Shown piece after piece: positions 26,195 to 38,619 of a DNA stretch of 64,000 bases. Each line of letters starts with the position of its first letter. Positions within the stretch are counted from its first letter, which is position 1. The translations under genes were made by a program, and so were the position numbers. The notes beneath the pieces are model-generated. The model ran no database searches and was not told the DNA's origin. It worked only from the letters and a program-made list of their open reading frames with translations. Source of the stretch: Octopus sinensis (lineage: Eukaryota); NCBI RefSeq assembly GCF_006345805.1, contig NC_042998.1, forward strand, positions 58,218,001 through 58,282,000, read 5' to 3'.

Positions 26195-26570
26195 GTCATC
26201 ATCATCATTATCTTCATCATCTTCATCATCATCGTTTAACGTCCGCTTTCCATACTAGCATGGGTTGGACGATGTGACTGAGGACTGGCAAACCAGATGG
26301 CTGCACCAGTCTCCAATCTTGATCTGGCAGAGTTTCTACAGCTGGATGCCCTTCCTAACGCCAACCATTCCGAGAGTGTAGTGGGTGCTTTTACGTGCCA
26401 CCGGCACGAGGGCCAGTCCGACGGTACTGGCAGCAGCCACGCTCAAATGGTGTTTTTTACGTGCCAGCTGCACACACCGGCACGGAAGCCAGTTAGCTGC
26501 TCTGGCAACGATCACGCTCGGATGGTGCTCTTCCTGCTCCACAAGCAAGGATGCCAGTCATCGATAATAT
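26100..26570 (-). mobile_element. RTE-type LINE 3' end or RTE-tailed SINE with (GAT)n tail
   Basis: (CAT)n tract runs into CATCGTTTAACGTCCGC...GGATGCCCTTCCTAACGCCAACC, resembling RTE 3' ends (recall). Confidence 0.55.
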
Positions 26571-26584
26571 ATATATGTTGGGGA

Positions 26585-26810
26585 GTGGGGTGGAAGTGCC
26601 TGGCTTAGTGGTTAGGGTGTCAGCATCATGATCGTAAGATTGTGGTTTCGATTCCTGGACCGGGCGACGAGTTGTGTTCTTGAGTCCACTCAGCTGGCAA
26701 AAATGAGTAACGCTGCGATGGACTGGCGTCCCGTCCAGCTGCGGAACACATACGCCATCGAAACCGGGAAACCGGGCCCATGAGCCTGGCTAGCTTTAAA
26801 AGGGCGCATT
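26585..26810 (+). mobile_element. tRNA-derived SINE with V-domain-like segment
   Basis: Head TGGCTTAGTGGTTAGGGTG...GGTTTCGATTCCTGG, then CTGCGATGGACTGGCGTCCCGTCCAG, resembling the V-SINE central domain. Confidence 0.65.
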
Positions 26811-26814
26811 ATAT

Positions 26815-26849
<35 letters not shown>

Positions 26850-27220
26850 ATATATATATATATATATTATATATATATATATAATATATATATATATACA
26901 GATAGATAGATATACAGAGGTGGAGAGAGAGAGAGAGAGAGAGAGTGAGAGTGAGAGAGAGAGATAATGACGTAGATAAACGAATAAACCTGCCTGGTTA
27001 GATATTCAAAATATATAGAAATATATGCATGTAAATAGATAGAAAGCAAAGACTGAAATTTTTAGACGATGGATATTCAGTCCTTGTTTTCTCCCTATTT
27101 ACATATTTACATGCCTGTATATTTTGTATATCTAACGTAAGCAGTTTTATTCGTTATCTGCATCATTATCTCCATATCTGCTCACCTAGATTCTTCTTAC
27201 AGCCATTCTTCACCCAGTGA

Positions 27221-27257
<37 letters not shown>

Positions 27258-27274
27258 ATATATATATATATAAT

Positions 27275-27352
<78 letters not shown>

Positions 27353-27425
27353 AATGTGACCGCGTGTGTTCCGTTGCCGATTTCTTTCCTCCGTCTTCCC
27401 TTCTTTGGATCTTTCCTTTTCCTAC

Positions 27426-27460
27426 GTTTCTGACGAAGAGCTTCGCTCGAAACGTTAAAC
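27426..27460 (+). ncRNA. Minimal type I hammerhead ribozyme motif within a ~200-bp repeat (about 27360-27560)
   Basis: GTTT-CTGACGA-A-GAGC TTC GCTC-GAAAC-GTT-AAAC. Helices I and II are 4 bp each, helix III is the palindrome ACGU, the triplet is GUU, and there is one extra A after A9. Confidence 0.7.
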
Positions 27461-27999
27461 CCTTCTTCTTTCCATCTTTCCTGAGCGTCCAATACTATAC
27501 TTGTTCCACGTCCTCGCGTTGTTGTGTTTTCTCTTTGTGTTTTCATGTTTGGATTAACTATATATATATATATTGTTAATACAAACATGAAAACACACAT
27601 ATACAACGTATGTGTGTGTGATGATAGATAGATAGATAGAGAGAGACAGACAGACAGACAGAGAGTGAATTTTTTCTTTTTAACAGTTTTCTGTCTGATA
27701 CATAGTATATTTGCCAAAACTAAGTAGAAACTATTTACGCATCAAGTGTGTTATTTCAAGCCAAACACCAACCCGACGGTAAATACATACATCCATAAAT
27801 GCATGTGTCTGGTGACACAGACAGAAAGTAATGTATACTTTATGTTCTTCTTTGTCAAGGTTTTCTTTTTTCCTCTTTTACGAGCTTGATGGAGTTCGTT
27901 TGAAACAATAAATTTATAAATCCATCATAAACATTACAGAATTTTACTCTCATCTTTTGTTGACGTCCGTAATTGTCGTTTTTCTTTTCTTTTTTTCTT

Positions 28000-28700
28000 T
28001 TTTTTTTTTGTAAGCGGGTATAAATTATGTAGAATTCATCAACGAAATTTTAAATTTAAGCGTTATATTTTATTATTCATGTCACATGTTTATTTTATGC
28101 GTGAGATATTGTCTGCATATTTATTTCACCATTGTTACGTTATGATTAATGTTGATATCATTAATCATCTATTTTTGTGAACAACTATATATCGTATGTG
28201 CTATCCGCTAAGGATTTCTTATCTAAAATTGGTATGCGTTGTGTTGCGTAGTGAATTGTAGCTGCACCTTTTTTATAAGCTCGAAGTCCAAGAAAGAGCG
28301 TTGTAATTTTAGGACTAGCGTGGGAAAGTTAACAACAAAATGTATATATTATATTTGTAACTTGTTCTTGGATTTATAAGCTTTTCTAAACTACAAAGTT
28401 ATAGTTAAGGTTTTTTATTACATTAGTGTTCTTCTGGTAGCTTTTTTGTGTTAAGCATTTTTTAGTGTGATGTGTTTCATGTTCCATTTTATGAGATTTT
28501 TTATGTCTCATAGCTATGGTGAGTTTTTTTCGTATAATGCATTTTTTGTGGGACTTGTGTATTGTTAATAGGCATGGTTAGTATCTGATGTATTGTGTTG
28601 TATATTTTACTGCGGTTTGGTCTATTAGTCATTTAGGATATCTGTTGTGCATTAATGTTTGTTACATTTTGCCGATTTCTTTACCTAGTACTTCGTATAG
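28000..28700 (-). mobile_element. Possible highly decayed Penelope-like element
   Basis: Minus-strand fragment QVTNIIYIL...NY...TSSL.KG..TIH..QRIPI weakly resembles a GIY-YIG region; many stops. Confidence 0.3.
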
Positions 28701-28865
28701 ACAAAAATCTAAATACTTCTCTAAGTATAGATTTTACATTGGGACTTTCTAGCTTTTATACTTGGACAAAAAAGAACTGGCAGCATTAGGCTGTGACTTT
28801 CAAAGAATTAGAGATGATTATTGCGATAAATATATATCTATATATCTTTCTATATACATATGTAT

Positions 28866-28980
<115 letters not shown>

Positions 28981-28998
28981 TGTATGTATGTATGTATG

Positions 28999-29079
<81 letters not shown>

Positions 29080-29442
29080 TATATATATATGTACGCACTT
29101 ACATAAGAGGGAAAGCTGTACAGAGAATCCGAAACTATTAAGAGAAACGAATAGTATCTTAAAACCGGAAACTTTACCTGAATGCTTGCTACTGAGTGAT
29201 CAAAGCCAACGGTATCCAAAGGTCAGCTGATGTTAAACCCATAGACTCACATAGAGCTTTGGTTAAAAATCTATAGCTATGTTCAATAGAACAGTGCAGC
29301 TTTGGGTGGATGCAAGCATTGCCGAAGGATTAAGAATTCCGCTTCCCAACCACGAATGATGAGTTCTATATCTCTATGAGGCATCTAGGACAAACGTTTT
29401 TTCCCACACCCTCTTATCGAACCAAATATTGCTTAGTTCAAT

Positions 29443-29477
<35 letters not shown>

Positions 29478-30699
29478 AGACGGCGAGCTGGCAAAATCAT
29501 TAGCACGCTGGGAAAAATGCTTAGCGGCATTTCGGCCGTCTTTACATTCTGAGTTCAAATTCTGCCGAGGTCAACTTCACCTTTCATTCTTTCGTGGTCG
29601 ATAAAATAACTATTCTACTCCCGTCAAATTGCAGGTCTTGTGCCTAAAGTAGTAAGGCTTATTACTACGCCTACTACTGCTACCATTACTACTACTACTA
29701 ATAATAATAATGCTGATGATGATAATGATGATTTTGTCACAGGGCCAGCAATTTCAAGGGTGGGCGTAAATCGATTACATCGACCACAGTGCTTAATGAT
29801 AATTATTTTATTGGCCCCGAAAGGATAAAAGGCAAAGTCGACTTCGGCAGAATATGAACTGAGAACGTAAAGAACCGAAAGAAATGCTGCTAAGCATTTT
29901 GTCCGGTGTGCTATCGACCCTGCCGCCTTAATAATTATAATAATATATTTTTGTAATAAAGATCTCTAAACATGTGACAAGTTCTTCGACAGTGTATAGA
30001 TCTGTATCATGATGATTGTCTCTAGGATTCATTGTGTACTTGACAACAGATATTAACATTTATTGAATCCTTACTGTATCAATAAAGCTGTATTTACTGT
30101 TCAAACCCTTTTGTTTTTAATCAATGAAAATAGTCCAGATTAGAGGTAGAAATAAAAATCAATCTACATGTTAGTTCATTCACTAAACAATAATTGACAG
30201 TATTATATAGGAAAAATATTGTATATCTTCTAATCTAATCCGAGCCTTTGTAAGATCTTCTCACCCATTGATTGACAGAACCAGTTAATCATTGTATTGT
30301 TGTATTGTTTAAAGTTACATACAGCTGATAGACTTTCTTTTCAAAATCATGTCATTGTAAAATAATAATAATAATTAAAAAAGAAGGACACAGCTGTCCT
30401 ATTAGATTTTTTTGTTTTGTTTTTGTCCCAGCAGAAGTTGTACATCAAAATGAATAACTAGCGAACTAAATAAATGAAACTGAAATGCATCATTTGTTAC
30501 AATTAGGATCCACGTTCTTGTTAAACTCACTTCCAACTTAAAATCGTTGATTGCCACATAAATAGGAAGCAAAACAGAATGTGGAACAGTCATCTTTCTC
30601 AATGAATTAGGCTTTATTGGCCACTCAGCGTGTTTACATATGTGTGTTTATGTGATAACATATGTATGCATATATATACATACATGTAAACATAAATAG

Positions 30700-30905
30700 T
30701 AAATCCCCAAAAAATGAAGAACAAACACAAGAAAAAAGCAACACTGCAAGGACATGGTACATGCAAAGTATTAGCAGACGCTCAAGGAAGGAATGAAAGG
30801 TAGTTTCTACGTTTCGAGCAAGGCTCTTCGTCAAGAACAGGAGACGGAGGAAAAACCAAGTGAAAAGGAAGACAGAGAAAACAAATCGCCAACGATCCAC
30901 ATGTT
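30700..30905 (-). mobile_element. Second copy of the 27360-27560 hammerhead-bearing repeat (decayed core)
   Basis: The reverse complement shares TGACGAAGAGC..GCTCGAAACGT, CCT..GAGCGTC and the TTGTGTT tail with the 27.4-kb copy. Confidence 0.7.
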
Positions 30906-31378
30906 TTTACAAGAGTAAACAAGAGAGACAAAGACAGGCAGAAACAAGAAAAATTCCACTTGTATTTGGATACTATACAAATATTCTTTTAAAAAAACAT
31001 TTCTTTTAATTTTTCTAAATTTAATTGTTTAATTGTTACAGTTGAGAAAGTCTCAATGACTAAAACCGGTACTGAAATGTTTTTTATAAAATTATTTTAG
31101 CATTTTCTATCTTGACTTTTTTTCCATACATATATATATATATATAGATATATATATATATATATAATATATATATATATAATAGAGTTATTAGCGAGGG
31201 ATTATCAGTCCGGGAAAAACACTTTATAAACTCTCTGTAAGTACACCAAGGTAACAATATTGTTCAGATTACTAAAAAAACTCCGAGTATTCTTGTAGCA
31301 AAGTTCGAGGTTATAGTTCAATATCATTCTACGGTTGTGTTCTACTGTTCTACTGTTTCGTTTACACACATCAAAATA

Positions 31379-31536
31379 CAAGACAAGGCATAAAGTAACA
31401 TTAATTCTCTAGGTCGTTCAATTTCTCTCAACCAATCAAAGGACCGATTGAGTAAATCAATCAATAACGAACCGATAACGACTGGAAACAGCTGTAAGTC
31501 AAATTTACTACAATCAACATTATTTATGCCTTGTCT

Positions 31537-31538
<2 letters not shown>
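31379..31538. mobile_element. Tc1/mariner-type MITE
   Basis: Perfect 16-bp TIR CAAGACAAGGCATAAA / TTTATGCCTTGTCTTG, flanked by TA at 31377-31378 and 31539-31540. Confidence 0.75.
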
Positions 31539-31567
<29 letters not shown>

Positions 31568-31572
<5 letters not shown>

Positions 31573-32356
31573 CAATTGAGGATAAAATCTTTGAAAGAAA
31601 TTATCAGTAGTTAGCGTGAAAAACCTCGTAAGGGGAAAAATTCGTAAATTTTTCCACTTTGAAAATATTTATTTATATTATACTGAGGGTACTACTATTC
31701 GTAGATACCACACGCTAAAGAGGGACCAATGCGGTCAAAACTACTAAAATAAACAAAATTTTACCGAATGCAAAACTTCAAAGCAAATCATTTAAAAAAA
31801 ATTTAGTTACCGGTGCCCCAGCATGGCCACAGCTCATGAGCTGAAACTAGAATCAATCAATCAATCATATCACCTGTGATTTCGCAATTAATGCAGAATA
31901 TGCATTCTATGTTCATCAGTGCAACAAACTCAAGATATATAAGAAAAAACATAACGTTACAAGCTCGATAGCCAACCGCAGAATTCGTCGTAGCATGTAC
32001 GAATGTTTATCTTTACATATCTATGAAAATGGCGGGCTTATTCGCAATGCATTTCGGTAACAAATTTCTTACTCGGAATAAAAATTCAGTATTGAACTAT
32101 TCCGGTGAAAAATATAAATTAACAATTGAGGATAAAATCTTTAAAAGAAATTATCAGTAGTTAGCGTGAAAAACCTCGTAAGAGAAAAAATTCGTAAATT
32201 TTTTCCACTTTGAAAATATTTATTTATTCTTTTTTTAAATTATTTGCTTTGAAGTTTTGCATTCGGTAAATTTTTGTTTATTTTAGTAGTTTTGACCGCA
32301 TTGGTCCCTCTCTAGCGTGTGGTATCTACGAATAGTAGTACCCTCAATATAATATA
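31568..32356. repeat. Compound repeat A-B ... A-B(inverted)
   Basis: A is 31568-31676 and 32118-32227 (direct). B is 31675-31801 and 32230-32356 (inverted). Both pairs are near-identical. Confidence 0.9.
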
Positions 32357-32394
32357 TATATAATTTATGTAAACGACCTTTCCAGTGTCGTACA

Positions 32395-33420
32395 TCACTG
32401 CAAAGTGAAAATATTCGCTGATGACACTAAGCTCCAGCAAATCGTCAATGAAGAAGCAGACCGAACTCAACTCCAGTCTGACCTATATGCTGTGAGTCAA
32501 TGGGCAGACAGAAACAAAATGCAACTGAATGAGGGAAAATTTGAGCTGATGCATTTTGGAAGAAATTCCTCACTAAAACAACCATACTCTCTTCCTTCAG
32601 GGGAACCGCTCACAGCCTCTAACAATATCAGAGACCTGGGTGTAATTGTTGATGACGATCTCAGTTGGAGTGCACACATCAACAAGAAGGTCGATACAGC
32701 TCGTAGGATGAGTTCCTGGATCTTAGAACTTTCCGGTCCAGAGAACAAGGTGTCATCATACCACTTTTTTCATCCTTTGTACGGCCACACCTTGAATACT
32801 GCTGCCCACTGTGGTCTCCTCACACAAGACAAAACATCTCCAGAATTGAGTCACCCCAGAGGGCTCTCACTAAACAATTGAAGGCATGGCTGCTCTCGAT
32901 TATTGGGATCGCCTTAAAGCCTTGAAACTTTACTCCCTCCAGCGTCGCCGTGAGCGGTACATCATTTGTACGATGTGGAAAATATACCGCCAACTTTGCC
33001 CAAACGACCTAAACATTAGCTTCAAGGTTCATCCGAGACTGTGTACCACGGGCTATACGTCCCCTGCCAAATTCAAGATCACAACATACATGTACACTGC
33101 AACATAATTTCTTTTCCTCAACAGGCCCTGCCCTATTTAACATTGTCCCGAGGGAGATCAAAGAGGAAAAGGATCCCATCAACTTCAAACAGAGTCTGGA
33201 TAGATTCCTTCAAAGAATACCAGATAAGCCACCCATAATTGGATACAACTCACCCAACAAGAACTCACTACTTGAACAAAACTGGATACAACTCACCCAA
33301 CAAGAACTCACTACTTGAACAAAACTTGACTTAAACAGGATTCGAATAATCCTATCAGGTGGTGCTATTAAGTTAGACATGGCCTGGACCAATCTCTGGT
33401 CGAAACATATCTAAGTTTTA
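32395..33420 (+). mobile_element. 5'-truncated CR1/Jockey-group LINE (RT C-terminal half and 3' end)
   Basis: KIFADDTKL..QLQSDL..VSQWA..NKMQLNEGKFELMHFG..IRDLGVIVDDDLSWSAHI and LDYWDRLKALKLYSLQRRRERY; frameshifted. Confidence 0.9.
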
Positions 33421-33454
33421 TCTAAGTTTTATATATATATATATATATGCATAA

Positions 33455-33560
33455 ATATTTTGAAATGTATCACCTGAGGAAGGTCTTGCGTAATGGGATT
33501 ATTTCCTATCATATATATTATGCAGATCCGAAACGTACGTACTAAGTGATTTCAAAATAT
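33455..33560 (+). ncRNA. Hammerhead-like motif with long helix II and imperfect proximal helix I
   Basis: CTGAGGA-A-GGTCTTGCGTAAT...ATTATGCAGATCC-GAAAC GTAC GTA. The distal 12 bp ATATTTTGAAAT/ATTTCAAAATAT pair perfectly. Confidence 0.5.
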
Positions 33561-33622
33561 CATTATTTTGAGGGACTTCAGTACAACAATATATGTGTGT
33601 GTTTATACGTATGATGATGCCG

Positions 33623-33821
33623 ATACGTCTGAGCAACGCCTGTAGTTTCTGCTTGAGGCAAAGCATCACCAATGTTATTTCTCCATGGTTGTTGCTGTTA
33701 TGGTGACTATTTAAGAATTATTGAAACAGTTGTAGGAAATGATGGTGTTAAATATCACTGATACTGTATATCTTCTTTTGTCTTCAAACGTATACAATGT
33801 ATGTGCGTATGTATGCAGGTA

Positions 33822-33866
<45 letters not shown>

Positions 33867-35012
33867 AAGAGTGCGGATATCATCTTGAATCTTTATCATT
33901 GTTCTTTATCATTCATCCCGGACCTTTTATGACCAATTTTCCAGAGTTGTCCTTCATGACTCTGCTGGAGACACTCCTTCATGAATGACTAAACCTTTAC
34001 TTATCTTGATGTCTACAACAATTAATTTATAACCATCAGGAATTGACCAGTAGAACACTTATCTGTACTATACTCACAAATATTACTCTCTACTTCCGTT
34101 ATTTATTTACTATTGTTCTTATTTTATTTTTTTATTTTTTATCTTTAATCTCATTTCTTTTTTTTTTTTGTTATTATATTCAGTTCTTTTGCTACCTCAT
34201 ACATACTTCTTTTTCGTTATCTTTACATCTTTCTACCCAGCCTATGTCTATAAATCCTTTGTTTCCTCTACATCATATTTCTTGTATCTTTTTCTCCTAT
34301 TCTCCTCTAACGGTTGTTGTGATTTAGCAATCATATTTCCAAAGGTCTGGAAAATGTGATTTGTACGTCCTGTATAATTATATTATTACATTAGTACATA
34401 ATTGTTAGCATACTGGACAAAATGCATGGAGGCATTTCGTCTCTGTATTCTGAGTTCAAATTCCTCCCAGATCGATTTTGCCTTTTATCCAATCGGGATC
34501 GATAAAGTAAAGTACCAGTCAAGTACTGAGGTTGATGCAATCGATTAGTCACTTCCCTAAAATCTAAGGTATTGTGCCTATAGTAGAAATGACTATATAA
34601 GTATATAGTCGTAAGTCCTCACTGCCCCACTTAGGCAAAGCGTACGAAACGCTTGTGATCTGCTGATGATATGGAAGAGTTTCCGACACTGCGATAGATT
34701 TAGAAGAGTCGTAATACGTCTGAGCAACTCCTGCAGTTTCTACTTGAGGAAAAGCATCACCAATGTTATTTCTCCATGGTTGTTGCTATTATGGTGACTA
34801 TTTAAGAATTATTGAAACAGCTGTAGGAAATGGTGGTGTTAGATATCACTGATACTGTATAACTCCTGTTGTCTTCAAACGTATACAGTGCATATGCGTA
34901 TGTATGTATTATGTATGTGTGTGTGTGTGTGTGGTGTGTGGTGTGTGTGTGTGTGTATGTGTGTGTCTGTGTGTGTCTGTGTGTGCAAGAGTGCAGACAT
35001 CATCTTGAATCT
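33623..35012 (+). repeat. ~270-300-bp direct repeat pair (33623-33892 and 34714-35012)
   Basis: Both copies run from ATACGTCTGAGCAAC to CATCTTGAATCT and include the same internal (GT)n tract. A LINE RT remnant (NYQPISLTSYVKVFE) follows near 35110-35230. Confidence 0.85.
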
Positions 35013-35486
35013 CCGCTTACTAATCTCTATAGGAAATTGCTGAACTCAAATATTATGCATAAACATTTCTATCCTCGTCATGTCAATTCATCTTTTATTT
35101 AGCGACTCACAATGAATTACCAACCAATCTCACTAACCTCTTATGTTAAAGTATTTGAGTGATATTGAAATAAAAAGATAACTGCCTTCCTAACGAGGTA
35201 CCATTTCTTAGATACCATCCATCATGCATAACACCTCCTTACACATCTTTTATTTGTTTCAGTCATTTGACTGCAGCCATGTTGGGCGCTGCCTTGAAGG
35301 ATTTAATCGAACAAATCAACCCCAGGTCTTATTTTTTAAAGGCTGGTACTTATTCTATCAGTCGCTTTCGCTTTCGGGGTCGATAAATTAAGTACCAGTT
35401 ACGTACTGGGGTCGATGTAATCGACTTAATCCCTTTGTCTGTCCTTGCTTGTCCCCTCTGTGTTTAGCCACTTGTGAGTATTAAAG

Positions 35487-35555
<69 letters not shown>

Positions 35556-35641
35556 AAAAATAAAAGAATTGTATAAAATGTTCTTCATTAGCAACGGAAC
35601 TATAACTGAATGTCTACAATTAGGATGATGATGAGAAAGCG

Positions 35642-35680
<39 letters not shown>

Positions 35681-35983
35681 GTATATGTATATGTTTACAA
35701 AAATTCTATAATTATAAGCATAATTATAATTAGGCTACCCAGGTGGATTTGTTATTTTTGTCTCTTTATTTGCGTGAGTTGAGAGCATTACTGTCGGGGA
35801 GATATTTTATGGTAGTGGAATAGTATTTAACTGCTATTCCTAAATTTCGGTATTTGGTGAAGCAATTTTTGCTGAACCTTAATTATAATTATGCTTGTAA
35901 TTATAGGATTTTTCCATAAGGTTACCGATAATGGTTATTTTAACATACCGAACTACTTGGTAAAATTATTAATTGATTAATTA

Positions 35984-36014
<31 letters not shown>

Positions 36015-38324
36015 CGTATGGATGGATGGATGGATAGATGGATAGATATGCACATGTCAAGATTCTAACAAATATTTGTACCGAACACTCTCTCTCTCTT
36101 TCTCTTCCATTATGCGTTTGCATATAAGGAAAAACTGAAAGGCGTTTTGTGTATAAGTGTGTTTGTAAGAAAACAAGCTTACTGATAGTTCCAGTTTTCT
36201 ATAAAGGAGATCATCATGTTTTCAGGTTAATACTCAGTATCTACTTGGGTTTCTGTTTTTTTATCTCTTCTTATAACAAAAAAGATTTATGCAGCCCTTC
36301 AGCAAAACACATTAATACATTTGTTTGAGTAACATAACAGGTTTCACTCTTTCTTAATATTCGTATACTGAGAGCTAAAGAAAAGCAAGCCAGCAGCTCT
36401 ATGAACAATGTACAATCAAAATTAATAGGGTGAGATAATTGAATAAATAACAATGAACTTATTGAATGCTTAGTCTTAATCCTCAGTATACCATTATTAT
36501 TCATCTTAATTTGAATTTCTGAAATCGGCACAAGAGCAGGAGTAAAAGAAGTGTATATTCTTGACTAAAGAATAACAGATAATGTTTATAACCAGTGAAG
36601 TTTGAACTCAGAATGTAGAGAGATTAAATGAAATAATATAAGGTAATTTGTACGGTACTCTACAGTTCCTCTCACTTTACCACCTTCTGTTAATGATAAA
36701 TTACATATACTCTTTACTCTCTCTTTTACTTTTTTACTTGTTTCAGTCATTTGACTGCGGCCATGCAGGAGCACCGCCTTTAGTCGAGCAAATCGACCTC
36801 GCGACTTATTCTTTGTACTTATTCTATCAGTCTCTTTTGCCGAACCGCTAAGTGACGAGGACGTAAACACACCAGCATCGGTTGTCAAGCAATGCTAGGG
36901 AGACAGACACAGACACACAAACGCACACACACATACATATATATATATATATGTGCATATATACGACAGGCTTCTTTTGGCTTCCGTCTACCAAATCCAC
37001 TCACAAGGCATTTGTCGGCCCGGGGCTATAGCAGAAGACGCTTGCCCAAGATGCCACGCAGTGGGACTGAACCCGGACCCATGTGGTTGGTTAGCAAGCT
37101 AGTTACCACACAGCCACTTCTGCATATATAATGTTGTTTTGTTTTGTTTTTTAAAGGAGAAACTCTACTTTGTTGTGGCTGAGATAAACACGCTCATGCC
37201 TTCCGTACTCCAGATATCATAGACATGATTAAACTAGAGAGATTAATAGCAAAAACAGTTCTAATAATAATAATATGCAGCTCCAGAAAACAGTCTTCTT
37301 AGAGACAACTAGGGTACAATCATTTTAGTGGAGTGGGATAGCCGATTATGTTTGCCAAATAGATGAAAGACAAGATCGACCTCGGCAGAAATTGAACTCA
37401 GAACTTAAATATCCAGGAGGAATGACGCCACGCATTTTGTCCGGTATAGTAATGACTTTGCCAGCTCAGCCCCTTAATGGATTCAAATATTGGCACAAGA
37501 CTAGTAATTTTAGAGGGATGGGGTTTGTTGATTACATTGAACTCAGTATTTGACTCAGACTTTATTCTATTAATCTTGAAAGGATGAAAAGTGAAGTTGA
37601 CCTCGACTGGATTTGAACTCAACGTAAACTGACAGAACGAATGCCGTGAAGTAATTTTTCTGAAGGCTCTGATGATTCTGGCAAGCCACGTTTTTTTTTT
37701 AGTGTTTTTAGTGTTTCGTAATTTAGTCGTAAAATTAAGTGTAAAGAGTGGGTCAGTTGATACCATTTACCCCGGTATTTGACTGGCACTTCATTTTACC
37801 GACCTTATAAGTGACTCACGACAGGATTTGAAGTCAGAGCAAATACCGCAAATAATTCTTTTTCACCTTTACTCTAACGATCTGCCATCACGCTGCTGTT
37901 TTTGTGATGAGAAAAATGTTCTTACTGTTATTATTACCATAAAGAGTAACAACACAATTTTCATCATTAAAACTATCTTTATATTGAAATGTATTGTAAA
38001 TAAAACATTATTTATTGAGATCAAGCTTACGTTTCACTAGGTTCAGTACATGAGACTATGCAGGTAGGTAAATAAGATATAAAACCACACCTGTTTACAA
38101 AGATTAGTCTTGTCCATAGTAAATCTCATAACTAGATAAACACAATATATTAATCAATTTAGATATTTGTGAAAGCTTTATTGAACACAGTTCTGAGTGT
38201 CGTATCCTATCAAATCTATCGAACTGGACAATCTTAATGTTAGTATATGGTAAGTATTGTCGTGTAGAGTTTTATGCCGTGAGTTGTATAGTTGTATATA
38301 TATATATGTGTGTGCGTGTGTGTG

Positions 38325-38404
<80 letters not shown>

Positions 38405-38619
38405 TGTGTGTGTGTGTATTCTTGATTGTAACTTGATCACTTCGTCTACATTGTTAATACTCTTCAGATGGCATCAGATGTTATCATAGATTTCTATAAG
38501 GTTTTTCTGTACAAATTAGAGATCTTACCTCGCTACATAGAAAATTAATTATTTTATTAAGCTTAATTTATAAAATAATAATGATTAAAATATTAATGAT
38601 GACGATGGCGACAGCGGCT

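Noticed and set aside
33372-33413. GACC..GGTC-GAAAC at the CR1 3' end as a hammerhead
   Set aside because: No CUGANGA and no third helix; treated as a plain stem-loop.
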